The translations under genes and the position numbers were made by a program. A stretch of DNA of 64,000 nt. It comes from Eledone cirrhosa (lineage: Eukaryota). Shown in pieces: positions 55,301 through 64,000 of the stretch (its first letter is position 1; each line of letters begins with the position of its first letter). Below the pieces are notes generated by a model. It saw nothing but the letters and a program-made list of their open reading frames with translations. It was not told the DNA's origin and made no database searches. The stretch spans positions 198,648,001-198,712,000 of the forward strand of contig OZ024741.1 in assembly GCA_964016885.1 (NCBI GenBank), read 5' to 3'.

Positions 55301-55915
55301 AATTGTTTGACTATCTAACAAGCCATCAGTTGAGTTTAACAACTGTTGATACAATTGCAATATAGTCTGTTGATCTTCAGGTGATGCCCTTTGGCTAAGT
55401 ACTAACATAAACATAGCAGTGGTTGCAATATTGAGGGACCGATCTTGGCTCTTTAAATAATCAACAAGAGAGACACCAAGTTCAACCAGATGGTTGCTGT
55501 TGATCAACGACATACAGTAAGCTTCCCAAGATACTTTCAAATTAGCATTATCTTCAAGAAAGTCTTTCTCTAATTTAGCCCAGTCCTCTAAAGTCATATC
55601 CTTTATGCATTTAGACTCAAGTTTTTCTTTGAAATTAAAAAGATGAATACTTCCATTGATTTTCCTAGATTTTAAATGAATAACACCATCATCATCATTC
55701 TCTTGGTTTTCTTCAAGAGAAGAAAAATATCTCTGATTATAAACAAACAGTTTATTATTAAGTCCAGTCAGTAATTGAAAACTATAAAATGGTTTGACAT
55801 TGTAAAGTTCTGATGTATGCATGTAACATATATGGAGAAGTCGGCCACTTTGTGAAAGTGGTTGATAAGGCCTGAAAGATTTTAGCAAAATCCATTTTGG
55901 AAATCTTGAAAACAT
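31212..55915 (-). CDS. PRORP: Mitochondrial RNase P catalytic subunit (PRORP/MRPP3/KIAA0391), 6 coding exons, 579 aa
   Basis: Manual splicing gives 950+51+244+140+193+162=1740 nt, open, with GT-AG junctions in matching phase. Basic N-terminal transit-like peptide, helical PPR-like region, CPNC Zn pair, NYN motifs [10 protein letters not shown] and [12 protein letters not shown]...DEMRDHK, C-terminal WHIP...WLCL Zn ligands. Confidence 0.95.
33342..34422 (-). mobile_element. CR1-clade LINE 3' fragment
   Basis: Open 254-aa frame: LQSDLD...ERDLGI...[14 protein letters not shown]...VQRRATK...TRGH...FFTFRV..WNKLP; duplicated 3' UTR block and (ATT)n tail. Confidence 0.92.
36699..36891 (-). CDS. PRORP: PRORP coding exon 5 ([12 protein letters not shown]...SSDEMRDHK...WQYSHQ)
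   Basis: ttttttcag acceptor and CAG|GTATG donor; carries the catalytic aspartates of the NYN metallonuclease. Confidence 0.95.
37270..40020 (+). mobile_element. Decayed RTE/RTEX LINE (EN to N-terminal RT) carrying nested insertions
   Basis: [26 protein letters not shown] and [11 protein letters not shown] motifs; interrupted at 38449-39355. Confidence 0.85.
38449..39355. mobile_element. TTAA (piggyBac-like) MITE interrupted by a minus-strand RTE 3' fragment (~38478-39168)
   Basis: TTAA-CTCTTTAG...CTAAAGGG-TTAA termini; an uninterrupted copy lies at 45712-45922; GTATC is repeated at both LINE junctions. Confidence 0.75.
40170..41700 (-). mobile_element. CRE-clade non-LTR retrotransposon fragment
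   Basis: WYLDD, NCYALPK.. and GLGL-like RT/C-terminal motifs, with a decayed EP.GL...DGK.PD REL endonuclease. Confidence 0.7.
42200..42880 (-). mobile_element. CRE-clade REL endonuclease fragment
   Basis: GAWLNAVP...LRLGL...HHATLNEII...[10 protein letters not shown]...LIWDAT. Confidence 0.75.
43119..43258 (-). CDS. PRORP: PRORP coding exon 4 (LRKTVEYF...VLVVGRQYM...CFFIENI)
   Basis: tttcttttacag acceptor and GTAAGT donor; 140 nt, in frame; NYN-domain segment. Confidence 0.9.
44540..46520 (-). mobile_element. RTE-clade LINE fragment (same family as 7420-8600) with SINE and MITE insertions
   Basis: [31 protein letters not shown] and [11 protein letters not shown] motifs. Confidence 0.85.
45712..45922. 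mobile_element. TTAA MITE (~210 bp)
   Basis: TTAACCCTTTAG...CTAAAGAGCTAA; reverse-complement homolog of the 38449/39355 element. Confidence 0.7.
46579..46822 (-). CDS. PRORP: PRORP coding exon 3 (GRCPNC Zn ligands, [13 protein letters not shown] motif)
   Basis: ttctttcttag acceptor and CAG|GTATG donor; 244 nt, in frame. Confidence 0.93.
47271..47507. mobile_element. Second TTAA MITE family (related pieces near 27245, 27650, 43376, 44220-44445, 56400-56618)
   Basis: TTAACCCTTTCATTACCA...TGGTATCAAAAGGTTTAA inverted termini recurring across the window. Confidence 0.6.
47608..50842 (-). mobile_element. Near full-length RTE/RTEX-type LINE ORF2 (APE + RT + PHD-like Cys cluster), frameshifted
   Basis: [58 protein letters not shown]...CPKC..WVHKKC...CGRC, HGSETW; (ATG)n tail. 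Confidence 0.92.
51928..51978 (-). CDS. PRORP: PRORP coding exon 2 (51-nt exon, [18 protein letters not shown])
   Basis: tttttcag acceptor and GTAAC donor; phase 2/2 keeps the frame between the flanking exons. Confidence 0.8.
52980..53400. repeat. ~45-bp minisatellite derived from the LINE 3' UTR unit
   Basis: About 8-9 diverged units of acagggtggactgggtgctttttgt..tggtacc..tacaacc, inside an element with (CAT)n at 52827. Confidence 0.75.
54966..55915 (-). CDS. PRORP: PRORP coding exon 1 (transit peptide + PPR-like domain)
   Basis: 317-aa [11 protein letters not shown]...VQYLKR ending at donor AG|GTAAG (intron starts 54965); acceptor ttttctaattacag ends at 55967. Confidence 0.92.
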
Positions 55916-56869
55916 TTTCCCTTCAATAAAGAAAATAGTTCACATTACTGGTGTGTGTTTTAATGTCTGTAATTAGAAAATGAAAAACAAAAATAGAAAT
56001 CACATTAAACAATTATATCAGAAATTATAGAAATATTATGCAATACACCTGTCGTTCTTTTATATCCCACCACTCTCATCAATGCCTTCCCAAGGACACA
56101 CCAAGCACCCTAGTTTTGGAAGGAGGTAGTGCTGGGGCCATGATAAAATACACCCAATCCGCTTTGTAAGGTGGTAGTGCTTGTGCTGCTGCAACAAATA
56201 CCTAGTCAACCCTGTAAGGTGGTAGTGCTGGAGTCATGAAAGAATGCTCACAGTACACTCCGTAAAGTGGTTGGCATTAGGAAGGGCATCCATCCACAGA
56301 AACCAAGTTAAAAATGGAGCATATGAGCAAGGTGTAGTCACCTGACCAGTCTGGCCACAATACATGACAAACCATTTAACACACGTCAACGAATTTGTTT
56401 CACGATTTTAATTTAAATAGAAACCCTTTAAGTGGCTTTGTTTGAAGAATTTGGTGGGAATTACTAAATCAATTATCTCATCATTAAGATGGTGTTTGTA
56501 ACATAATCTAACAAATATTTTAGGTCAGATTTTAATATAAAAAGAAAGCCTTTAAAATGAGTGCCTTTTCTTCATATAACCAGAGTTGGGTTTGGGTAGG
56601 TTGGTATTAAATGGGTTAATGCTGACCCACCTAATATTGGCCATTCTGTATATTGGTTACTCCAGTACATCTAAAGTTCTAGTTTCCTGTCAATCACCCA
56701 AAGATTCTCCAAGAGATTTTATTTAGTTATTTTATATTTTTATTTTAATAAATGTTATTCAAGAAATTTCAATTGGATTATATAATGTTTGCAATAAAAA
56801 TATAAATAGCAAAAGTAAGAGAAAAGGGGGAGGGAGTTGCAGACTCTACATTTCAGTTTAGGTGGTATA

Positions 56870-57200
56870 TTTTAGCTTCACCCCGCAGACAAAATAATGA
56901 AAGCATTGCCGCGGAGTACAGCCAGCGACATCTACTGCATAATCACTACACCTTCCTCAGGCTCATGCACTCCTCCCAATTTTGAGGAAGAAAACGGCAT
57001 TTTGGGGACCGAGGATACCAAAGGTCTCAACAGCGACCTTCATGAAAAGGAAGCTGTCGGTCAAGTCCCAGTATTTGGCTATCGTCCTCTCCTCTACATT
57101 ACGGGTGGCAGTGCCTGGTTTGTTACCGAGAAGAGGGTTATCCCATTTGAGCAGGCTCCAATTGTGATCGGTAACCGTCCGCGTCAGGCGCACATAAAAA
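56870..57200 (-). mobile_element. CRE-clade 3' fragment
   Basis: KY..LTDSFLFMKVAVETFGILGP, followed by an SLAVLRGNA-like tail. Confidence 0.65.
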
Positions 57201-57925
57201 AGGCTGGAATGCCTTTAATCATATTTGTTTGATCAGGTTTCATCTGAGGCAAAACAATATTATTTGGAAAACGGTAACTTGTGGTAGCCAGGTTGTTGAA
57301 ACATGAAAGGTGTACACAAAACAAGTTGCAAAACTTTCCTTTAAAATATTATTGAAAGTTATATCAGCAATTTGTGACATAGTTATAATTCTGACTATAC
57401 CGGGTAATGGAATAGAGTGGTACCTATACTCAGTAAAGTATGTCCTTTGTTCAAGGACATAGCGCAATACATATTGCAAGGATACAGTTTTGTTTGGGGT
57501 CAACAACAAATAGTTTACATTTTCGATTCGTTTCACTAAAATGGTTTTAATCATAGGTCTCTGGACTAGACGAGAGAGCTTGAATGTAGCTTTATCAACT
57601 AGAAACAGAAGCCAAAACTCCCTCAAATCTCACCTCTACCATCTTAAAAAGCGAAGGAAAGGATGTGATATTTTTTTATCATAAGAACAATACAGGCATG
57701 TAAAAATGAAATTCTCACCCTTAACACTATATCTAATCAAATGCACTGGAACTGAAATAAGGAGATAAACTTAAGTCGCTTCCTTCTTTGGAACATGCCG
57801 AAACAATTCAGACGTAAAATGAAAAACTGAAACAGAAACGACAGTGCTAAAAGAATATTTTCAAAAATGATTTTACTTGTTTCAATAATCATTTATAATG
57901 AAATAACACAAAGGTGACCATCCTA

Positions 57926-57971
<46 letters not shown>

Positions 57972-58571
57972 AATAAATAATCGAGAATCGAAATCTCAGC
58001 CCACGAAATAACGAAACACAATCTTCGAAATGTGTGGCAGAGGGCTCAATATGTTTCCTTTTACAGAGGGTTATTGAAAGGAGATATAGACTGGATAATG
58101 ATAGTTGGAACACCATTGTATTATTTTCTATTATAGCGGGTTATAGAAATCACATGCAAACATATTAGAAATAAGTTTTTGTAACTGTGTATAAACAGAA
58201 ACTAAGTACATTTCGTCCTTTCCATTTCTGTTTTTCATTTTACTTCTGAATTATTTCGGCGTGTTCACTACGTTAGGAAACAAACAGTTGAATATTGCTA
58301 ACTGATCTTTTATATATAGTGGTACTTTGAAACAGAAAAATAATTATAATTTCATAAAATGACTAGGGTTTTTTTTTTTTAGTATAGAACACAATTACAA
58401 CATATACTACGGATCTCGCGCTAACTTAATCCGACCCTGATATGAATGACATTGAGTTGGTTGGGCCTATCTAAATTTAATTCTCTAAACTACAAGTATG
58501 TGTGTATAGACATAACATGTTTTGAAAACAAACAACAATAGGTGCATTTTTATAGTAAATTAATATCTCAC

Positions 58572-58620
58572 CGCTGCGACCATGCTCTCCGTGTGAATAA
58601 ACAAAATCAGGCCAAGAACC
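58572..58620 (-). other. Putative 5' exon of PRORP (upstream boundary unknown)
   Basis: GCG|GTGAG donor at 58571 in a slightly GC-richer patch upstream of the 55967 acceptor; inferred only. Confidence 0.35.
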
Positions 58621-59029
58621 ATTAATATATCAGATATGAGTAATAACTAAATTTATAAAACGGTAATAAAAAATATCTTAAAATATATATATAGGAATAT
58701 ATACACTATACGGCAACTTCTAGCATTGAAGGCAACGTGCGTATACAAAAAAAAACAAGGGAGGTAATTCCAGCAATTAGCTCCAAATAGTATTAGAAAG
58801 GGAGGTTATAGTATTCATTATTTCAACCGAAAATGGAATTTAGTAGGAGGCGACTCTTCAAGTTTCTTAGCACCATCTAAGAATCTTAACCCTAATCAGA
58901 ATAGAAACAAAGGAGTTTTCTATTTTGAACAAAACTTTTGCAAATATTGAGTAATATCACTGTTAAGACACTATATTTGTCAAAAGTCAACACACACACA
59001 TCTCTGACTCACTGGTGGAGGAATTTTCC

Positions 59030-60425
59030 CCCATTCAACTAGGGGTGGGTACCAAGTTGGGATGTAAGGCTGCTACCGCGCTATCAGAGCCTGTACCAAC
59101 TTGCCCTCCTTATCCCCCAAAGTCATCCTCAAACTTAACCTCAAGAATGCTTTTAACTCCGTCAGCCGCGATGTCGTCCTCAGCTCAGTAAGAGAGAGGG
59201 TCCCACAACTCTACCACTTTGTTTGGCAGGATTATCGGGAGCCCTACTACTACTTTTTTGGTGACCAAATCATCACCTCTGCCTCAGGAGTTCAACAGGG
59301 CGACCAACTCGAGCCAGCTCAAGATGAGGGCTGAGCGAGACCTCAACGTCTGGTATCTCGATGATGCTTGTTTGGGGGGAACTCCGGATAAGGTACTCGC
59401 TACTGCTAACAAAATGGTCGAGGAGCTTGGCCGTCGGGGCCTCCAGGTTAATAGCTCCAAATGTAAGCTCTGGATCTTCAGCCACCAGACAATTGACCTG
59501 TTTACGGAGTCCTTCCTTTTCATTGCGGTCGCTCCCCGTCGGCTTGGCACTCCTTAGGGGCCCCAATTACAGACCTTGCCTTCTAGTCAATCTTCCAATT
59601 GAAGATGGTTGGCCTTGAGCAGCTGCTGAAGAATATTGAAGCAATCGAACCCCCATCAGGTTTTTTCATACTCATAAACTACCTTTCGATTCCTAAGCTT
59701 CTATATCTGCTCAGGGTCAGCCCTTCTCACCGATTTCCGTCATGCCTCTAATGCTTCGATGACCTAATCTTCGAGAGACTCGAGTGCTTGGTCAATGTTA
59801 GAATCCCCAGAGTCCCGCAATCAGGCTGCGTTGCCCAAGTGATTTGGAGGTCTTGGTCTTTGTAAATGTTCGTCCCTCTCTCTCCCCTGCTTCCTTTCCT
59901 CCACCCACGCTTGCCCTCCCTGATGAGCAGCAGCCTCTCCTCTCCGTCATGGACTAGTTCCTGAATTCCACACGCTTCACGTCACACAGAGCTAAACCTT
60001 ATTCTCAAGAGAGCTTTGGCCCGGGAAAACAACGCCTCAATCCTGGAACCATCCAGGTTGCCCAGGAGTGATGGGAAAAGACCTGATGGCTTTACCCTGT
60101 GCTTCTGGTCGAGAGGCAGGTGCCTTGTCTGGAACATCACAGTTAGTGACTCTTTTGCTTCTTCCCACATCCTGGATGCTGCGTTTAGGGCGAGAACCAC
60201 AGCTTCCACAGCCGAACGGAGCAAAATTCTAAAATACTGTGATCTACATTTTCCAGCCTGTGGCGTTCGAGACGTTCGAGAGAGTCAGGCTGCTGACTGG
60301 CAGCTTGCCTAACAGAGGTAAATGGCGAATCTCGTGAGGGCGCTTGGTTGTTCCAACGTATCAGCCTGGCCATCACCCAAGGTAACGCTGCGAGCGTGCT
60401 GGCTTGCCTCAAAAATCATTAGAGA
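59030..60425 (+). mobile_element. CRE-clade non-LTR retrotransposon, degenerate and internally deleted
   Basis: QLGVG, LKLNLKNAFNSVSR, SASGVQQGD, WYLDD, GLQVNSSKC, EPSRL.RSDGKRPDG and ISLAITQGNA motifs. Confidence 0.85.
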
Positions 60426-60624
60426 GGTTTCCCAGTGCTCCTCGCGATACTGCTATCTTTTGATCTGGTTGTGACTCGGTTGTCCACCGCTTCCTTTATA
60501 TTGTATTCGTTTGTGTTTTTGTTCTGTAAGCATTGTATTATTATATAACTTAATTACCAGTACCAGTAATGCACTGGAATAATCTCTGGCCTTGTGCCAA
60601 AAATAGAAACTATTATTATATAAC

Positions 60625-60838
60625 TTAATTACATAAATATTCCATGTGAAAATATAGAATCAAAACGAAAGAAAATACTAAGACAACATTAAGTTTGTCA
60701 ATCGATCGCAGAACACAAGGAATACCGAAGCCCCCTCTATACTTTTTGAGACAAGCCAACTCATTGGCAGGGTTACCGCGAGTGACAAAAACTTCGTCGT
60801 CAGCGGCCCAGCTCCCCAAACTTCTTGAACGCACCAGG
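60625..60838 (-). CDS. Candidate terminal coding exon of an unidentified upstream gene
   Basis: ttttttccag acceptor, 70-codon open frame LVRSRSLGSWAADDEVF...VVLVFSFVLILYFHMEYLCN*, higher GC than the flanks, hydrophobic C-terminus. Confidence 0.3.
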
Positions 60839-61430
60839 CTGGAAAAAATAGTTAGTTGATAATTCCCGGTATTTAAAATTGTTATTCCGTTATGCTACGA
60901 AAGCAAACACTCTCACATTAATCGCTGCATTAAAGATTTTGGGAAGAAGCAAAAGAGTCACTGACAGTGGCGTCCCAAATGAGATGTGTAATTAAGTGAT
61001 AGAGATATATGTGTCTATGTGTTGGTTTTTGACAACTATGGCATTTGTGTTTGTAATTTCAAGCTATCTATATTTCTGTGAATAGGTTTATACACTTTGA
61101 AGTCACTATTCTTAAGTGTGAGCTTTTATAGGTAGATGTGAAGCGAAGTTTTTGGGGGTTGTTATGGAAGAGGATGATAAACACGACAAATCCTAATAAT
61201 TCTGGTTGGATATATAACTACTTCACTGCAGCAAAAAAAAAATTAAAAGAATATGATTACTTCGAATCATAAATATAAAGTTTAATTGTAGTTTAGGAGA
61301 TTAGTATCAGTGTATATATATATATTATCAAGAATGACAAGGTTTTACTTCACAGAAGTCAAATAAATTAATATAAATAATTGTTACCACATGTAGATGT
61401 TCAGTTGGTCACAACTCCCGGACTGGAGTG

Positions 61431-61758
61431 TGTAGAGAAGAACAGAAATCTTCTCTTGGAGGTGTTCAAGTATTCCTTTAGGCTGCCGGTATTCTTCTTC
61501 TTGAGGGCGAAGGAAGTGAGACAGGAGTCATCTCTTGACAAGGTCTCAGGTGTTCTTGTCCCTTCGAAGTTCAGGATGCGAGAGAGGGTTATGCCTTGAT
61601 TGTCCTAATATATATAGTCCCCGGGGGGTACATGAATCTGCCAATGGGAGTTGCGTCCGTCGCAAAGGGACGTAACTCCTATACTTGCTGAGTTACGACC
61701 GTCGTAAAGGGACGCAACTCCTATACGTGCTGAGTCACAGCCGTAAGGGGACGCTACA
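61431..61758 (-). repeat. 3' LTR of the Gypsy element (left boundary 61431 or 61392)
   Basis: TGTAGCG start after the PPT GGAGGAGGGTAC (61759-61770); TATATA box; CTACA end. Confidence 0.6.
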
Positions 61759-64000
61759 GTACCCTCCTCCAGACGCTAGGCGAAAAGCCCGAAGGTAACT
61801 GTAGCGAACCCACAAGCATGGGCTCCCAGCACAGGCATGAAATGGTAACGAAAAGCTACAGGCTTGAAATGGTAACGAAAAGGTACATGGTAATACAATA
61901 GAGAGAAAAACAAAAAGGCTCCAGTGGCTATTTCACATGAAAACAGTTTGGCAGAGCTTTTTGGGCTAGTGGTCTCTTCGACCGGAACGGGTCGTGGTCT
62001 TGTATGTAGGTGAAGGTGGGGCAGAAGGAGCGCGTGTATGCACAAGAGAGAAAGATTGGGGTATTTGTGGCTCGGGTGTATGAGCGTCATAGTATGCCCT
62101 TTTTAGTCTATCCACCGAAATTGTCTCTCTGGACCCCTTAATATCTACAGTGAAATGTTTGTCAGTACGTACTAACACACGGTAGGGTCCAGAGTACGGT
62201 TGTGTGAGGGGTGGAGTAACCGCATCGTTTCTGACGAATACCTGTGTCCATGAGGCAATATCCCTCGGGACTGCAGCTTTAACAGTTTGTTTTCTAGTAT
62301 TCATGGGCGGTAAGTCCTGAAAATAGGAGCGCAAATGAGATACGTAGGAAAGAGGGTCCTGGAAAGCAAGATCAACAGGGGAAAGCATTTGCCCAGGCAA
62401 CGCTAGAGGAGCACCATACAATAATTCGGCCGGGGAGAACCCAAAGTCCTCCTTTATTGATGACCGAATTCCTAACAACACAATAGGAAGGTACTCGCTC
62501 CAACGTTGAGAGTCTGGATAGGCGCGAAGAGCGGCCTTTAATTGGCGGTGGAATCGTTCCACCATTCCGTTTGAAGCAGGATGATAGGCTGTGGTCCGAA
62601 TCCGTTGAGCACCAATGATCTTTGTGATCTCAGAGAAAAGATGAGACTCAAATTGTCTACCACGGTCTGTGGTGACTGTAGTTGGTACTCCAAAGCCGGT
62701 AATCCACCCTGATACCAGGGCACGCGCTACAGTCTCAGCAGTTATATCTTGTAAGGGGATGGCTTCAGGCCATCGCGAAAAACGATCGATACAGGTCAAG
62801 AGGTACGAATATCCACTGCTGAATGGCCAAGGTCCAACGATATCAATGTGTATGTGCTGAAACCGAGCATCAGGAGTACTGAAAGTACCAAGCGGAGTCC
62901 GGATGTGTCTGTGAATTTTAGATCTCTGACACTGTGTGCAGGAACAGTAATTTCTCGCCTCATATTGGGCCAGAAAAATCTAGCCGTTATAAGCTTTACT
63001 GTGGCAGAAATTCCTGGGTGAGATATGTTGTGCAATCAAGGAACACAATTCGACGGTGAGTCTCAGGAACAAGTGGTCGTGGTGAATCCGTAGATACATC
63101 ACATAGAATCTGCCTGTTGGTGGTCGACAAGGGCAGATATTTGAAGATGCAAGTCGCAAATTCGGCAGAAAGAGTATTCAACGATTGGAGTGCAGGTTGG
63201 TCTGCAGCTAAACGACCTAAGTCGATCTCCTGGGATGACGAGATGGAGCTGATTGGCAAACGTGACAATGCGTCTGCAGCTATGTTATGCGAGCCAGCAA
63301 TGTGCTGGATATCATTTGTAAATTGCGAAACGTAATCCAGGTGCCTTGTCTCTCTGGGCGAATATCTGTAGGCTTTAGCCCTCAAAGCGAAGGTCAGAGG
63401 TTTGTGGTCGGTTAAAACAGTAAAATTTCTCCCCTCAAGAATGTGAGAGAAATGTTTCACTGACAGATATATGGCTAATAATTCCCGCCCAAACGTGCTG
63501 TAACGCGTTTCTGCTGGTTTCAGCTTCTTCGAGAAAAATGCCTAAGGTTGTTGGTTTCCAGCGTTGAACTGCTGTAAAACTGCTCCCACAGCGGTATCAG
63601 ATGCATCAACACAAAGCGAAAGCTTGGCCTCTGGTACCGGGTGGGCTAGCAAAGATGAACTAGCGAGTGCTGTCTTGGCAGTCTGGAAGTCTTGAAGCTG
63701 TTCTTGTGTCAAGGAAATATCCTTATTCTTCTTTCGACGATTTTTCAAAATGTCAGTAAGGGAAGATAGCAAATTAGCACAATGAGGAACGAAACGCCTA
63801 TAGAAATTAATTAGGCCTAAAAAGTGACGCAACTGGTGAAGTGTAGTAGGCGGAGGTAAATCCTGTATGGCTTGAACTCGCTGAGGGAGCGGCCTAATAC
63901 CTTCGGCGTCGATTAGGTGGCCTAAAAAATTTAGCGAAGTGGAACCGAAAACACACTTTGTGGGATTCACACGAACGCGGTAATCCTGAAGTCGCCGAAA
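61431..64000 (-). mobile_element. Gypsy/Ty3 LTR retrotransposon (pol: RT-RNase H-integrase), frameshifted, extends beyond the window
   Basis: KC.FG...[75 protein letters not shown] and TTRSGR motifs. Confidence 0.95.

Noticed and set aside
58834-58881. Start of a divergent gene sharing the PRORP promoter
   Set aside because: The ATG frame stops after 15 codons with no splice donor.

Overview
AT-rich, repeat-dense eukaryotic genomic DNA, most likely a cephalopod (Octopus-like). That assignment is inferred from the tRNA-derived SINE families, the RTE/RTEX, CR1, CRE and R4/Dong LINEs, and the microsatellite load. One complete protein-coding gene can be reconstructed on the minus strand: PRORP/MRPP3, the protein-only mitochondrial RNase P catalytic subunit. 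It has 6 coding exons (55915-54966, 51978-51928, 46822-46579, 43258-43119, 36891-36699, 31373-31212; 1740 nt, 579 aa), with consistent GT-AG phases, NYN catalytic aspartates and Zn ligands. Almost everything else is mobile DNA: a young 2.1 kb non-autonomous LTR element with an unusually extended tRNA-Trp PBS, a decayed Gypsy pol with its 3' LTR, a solo-LTR candidate, many LINE fragments, dozens of SINEs, hAT and TTAA MITEs, and a Helentron-like element. The most notable observations are a minimal type-I hammerhead ribozyme inside a nested inverted-repeat/(TA)n module, and a head-to-head LINE hairpin bracketed by a duplicated segment of the PRORP 3' UTR/poly(A) region. No clearly novel protein system is evident.
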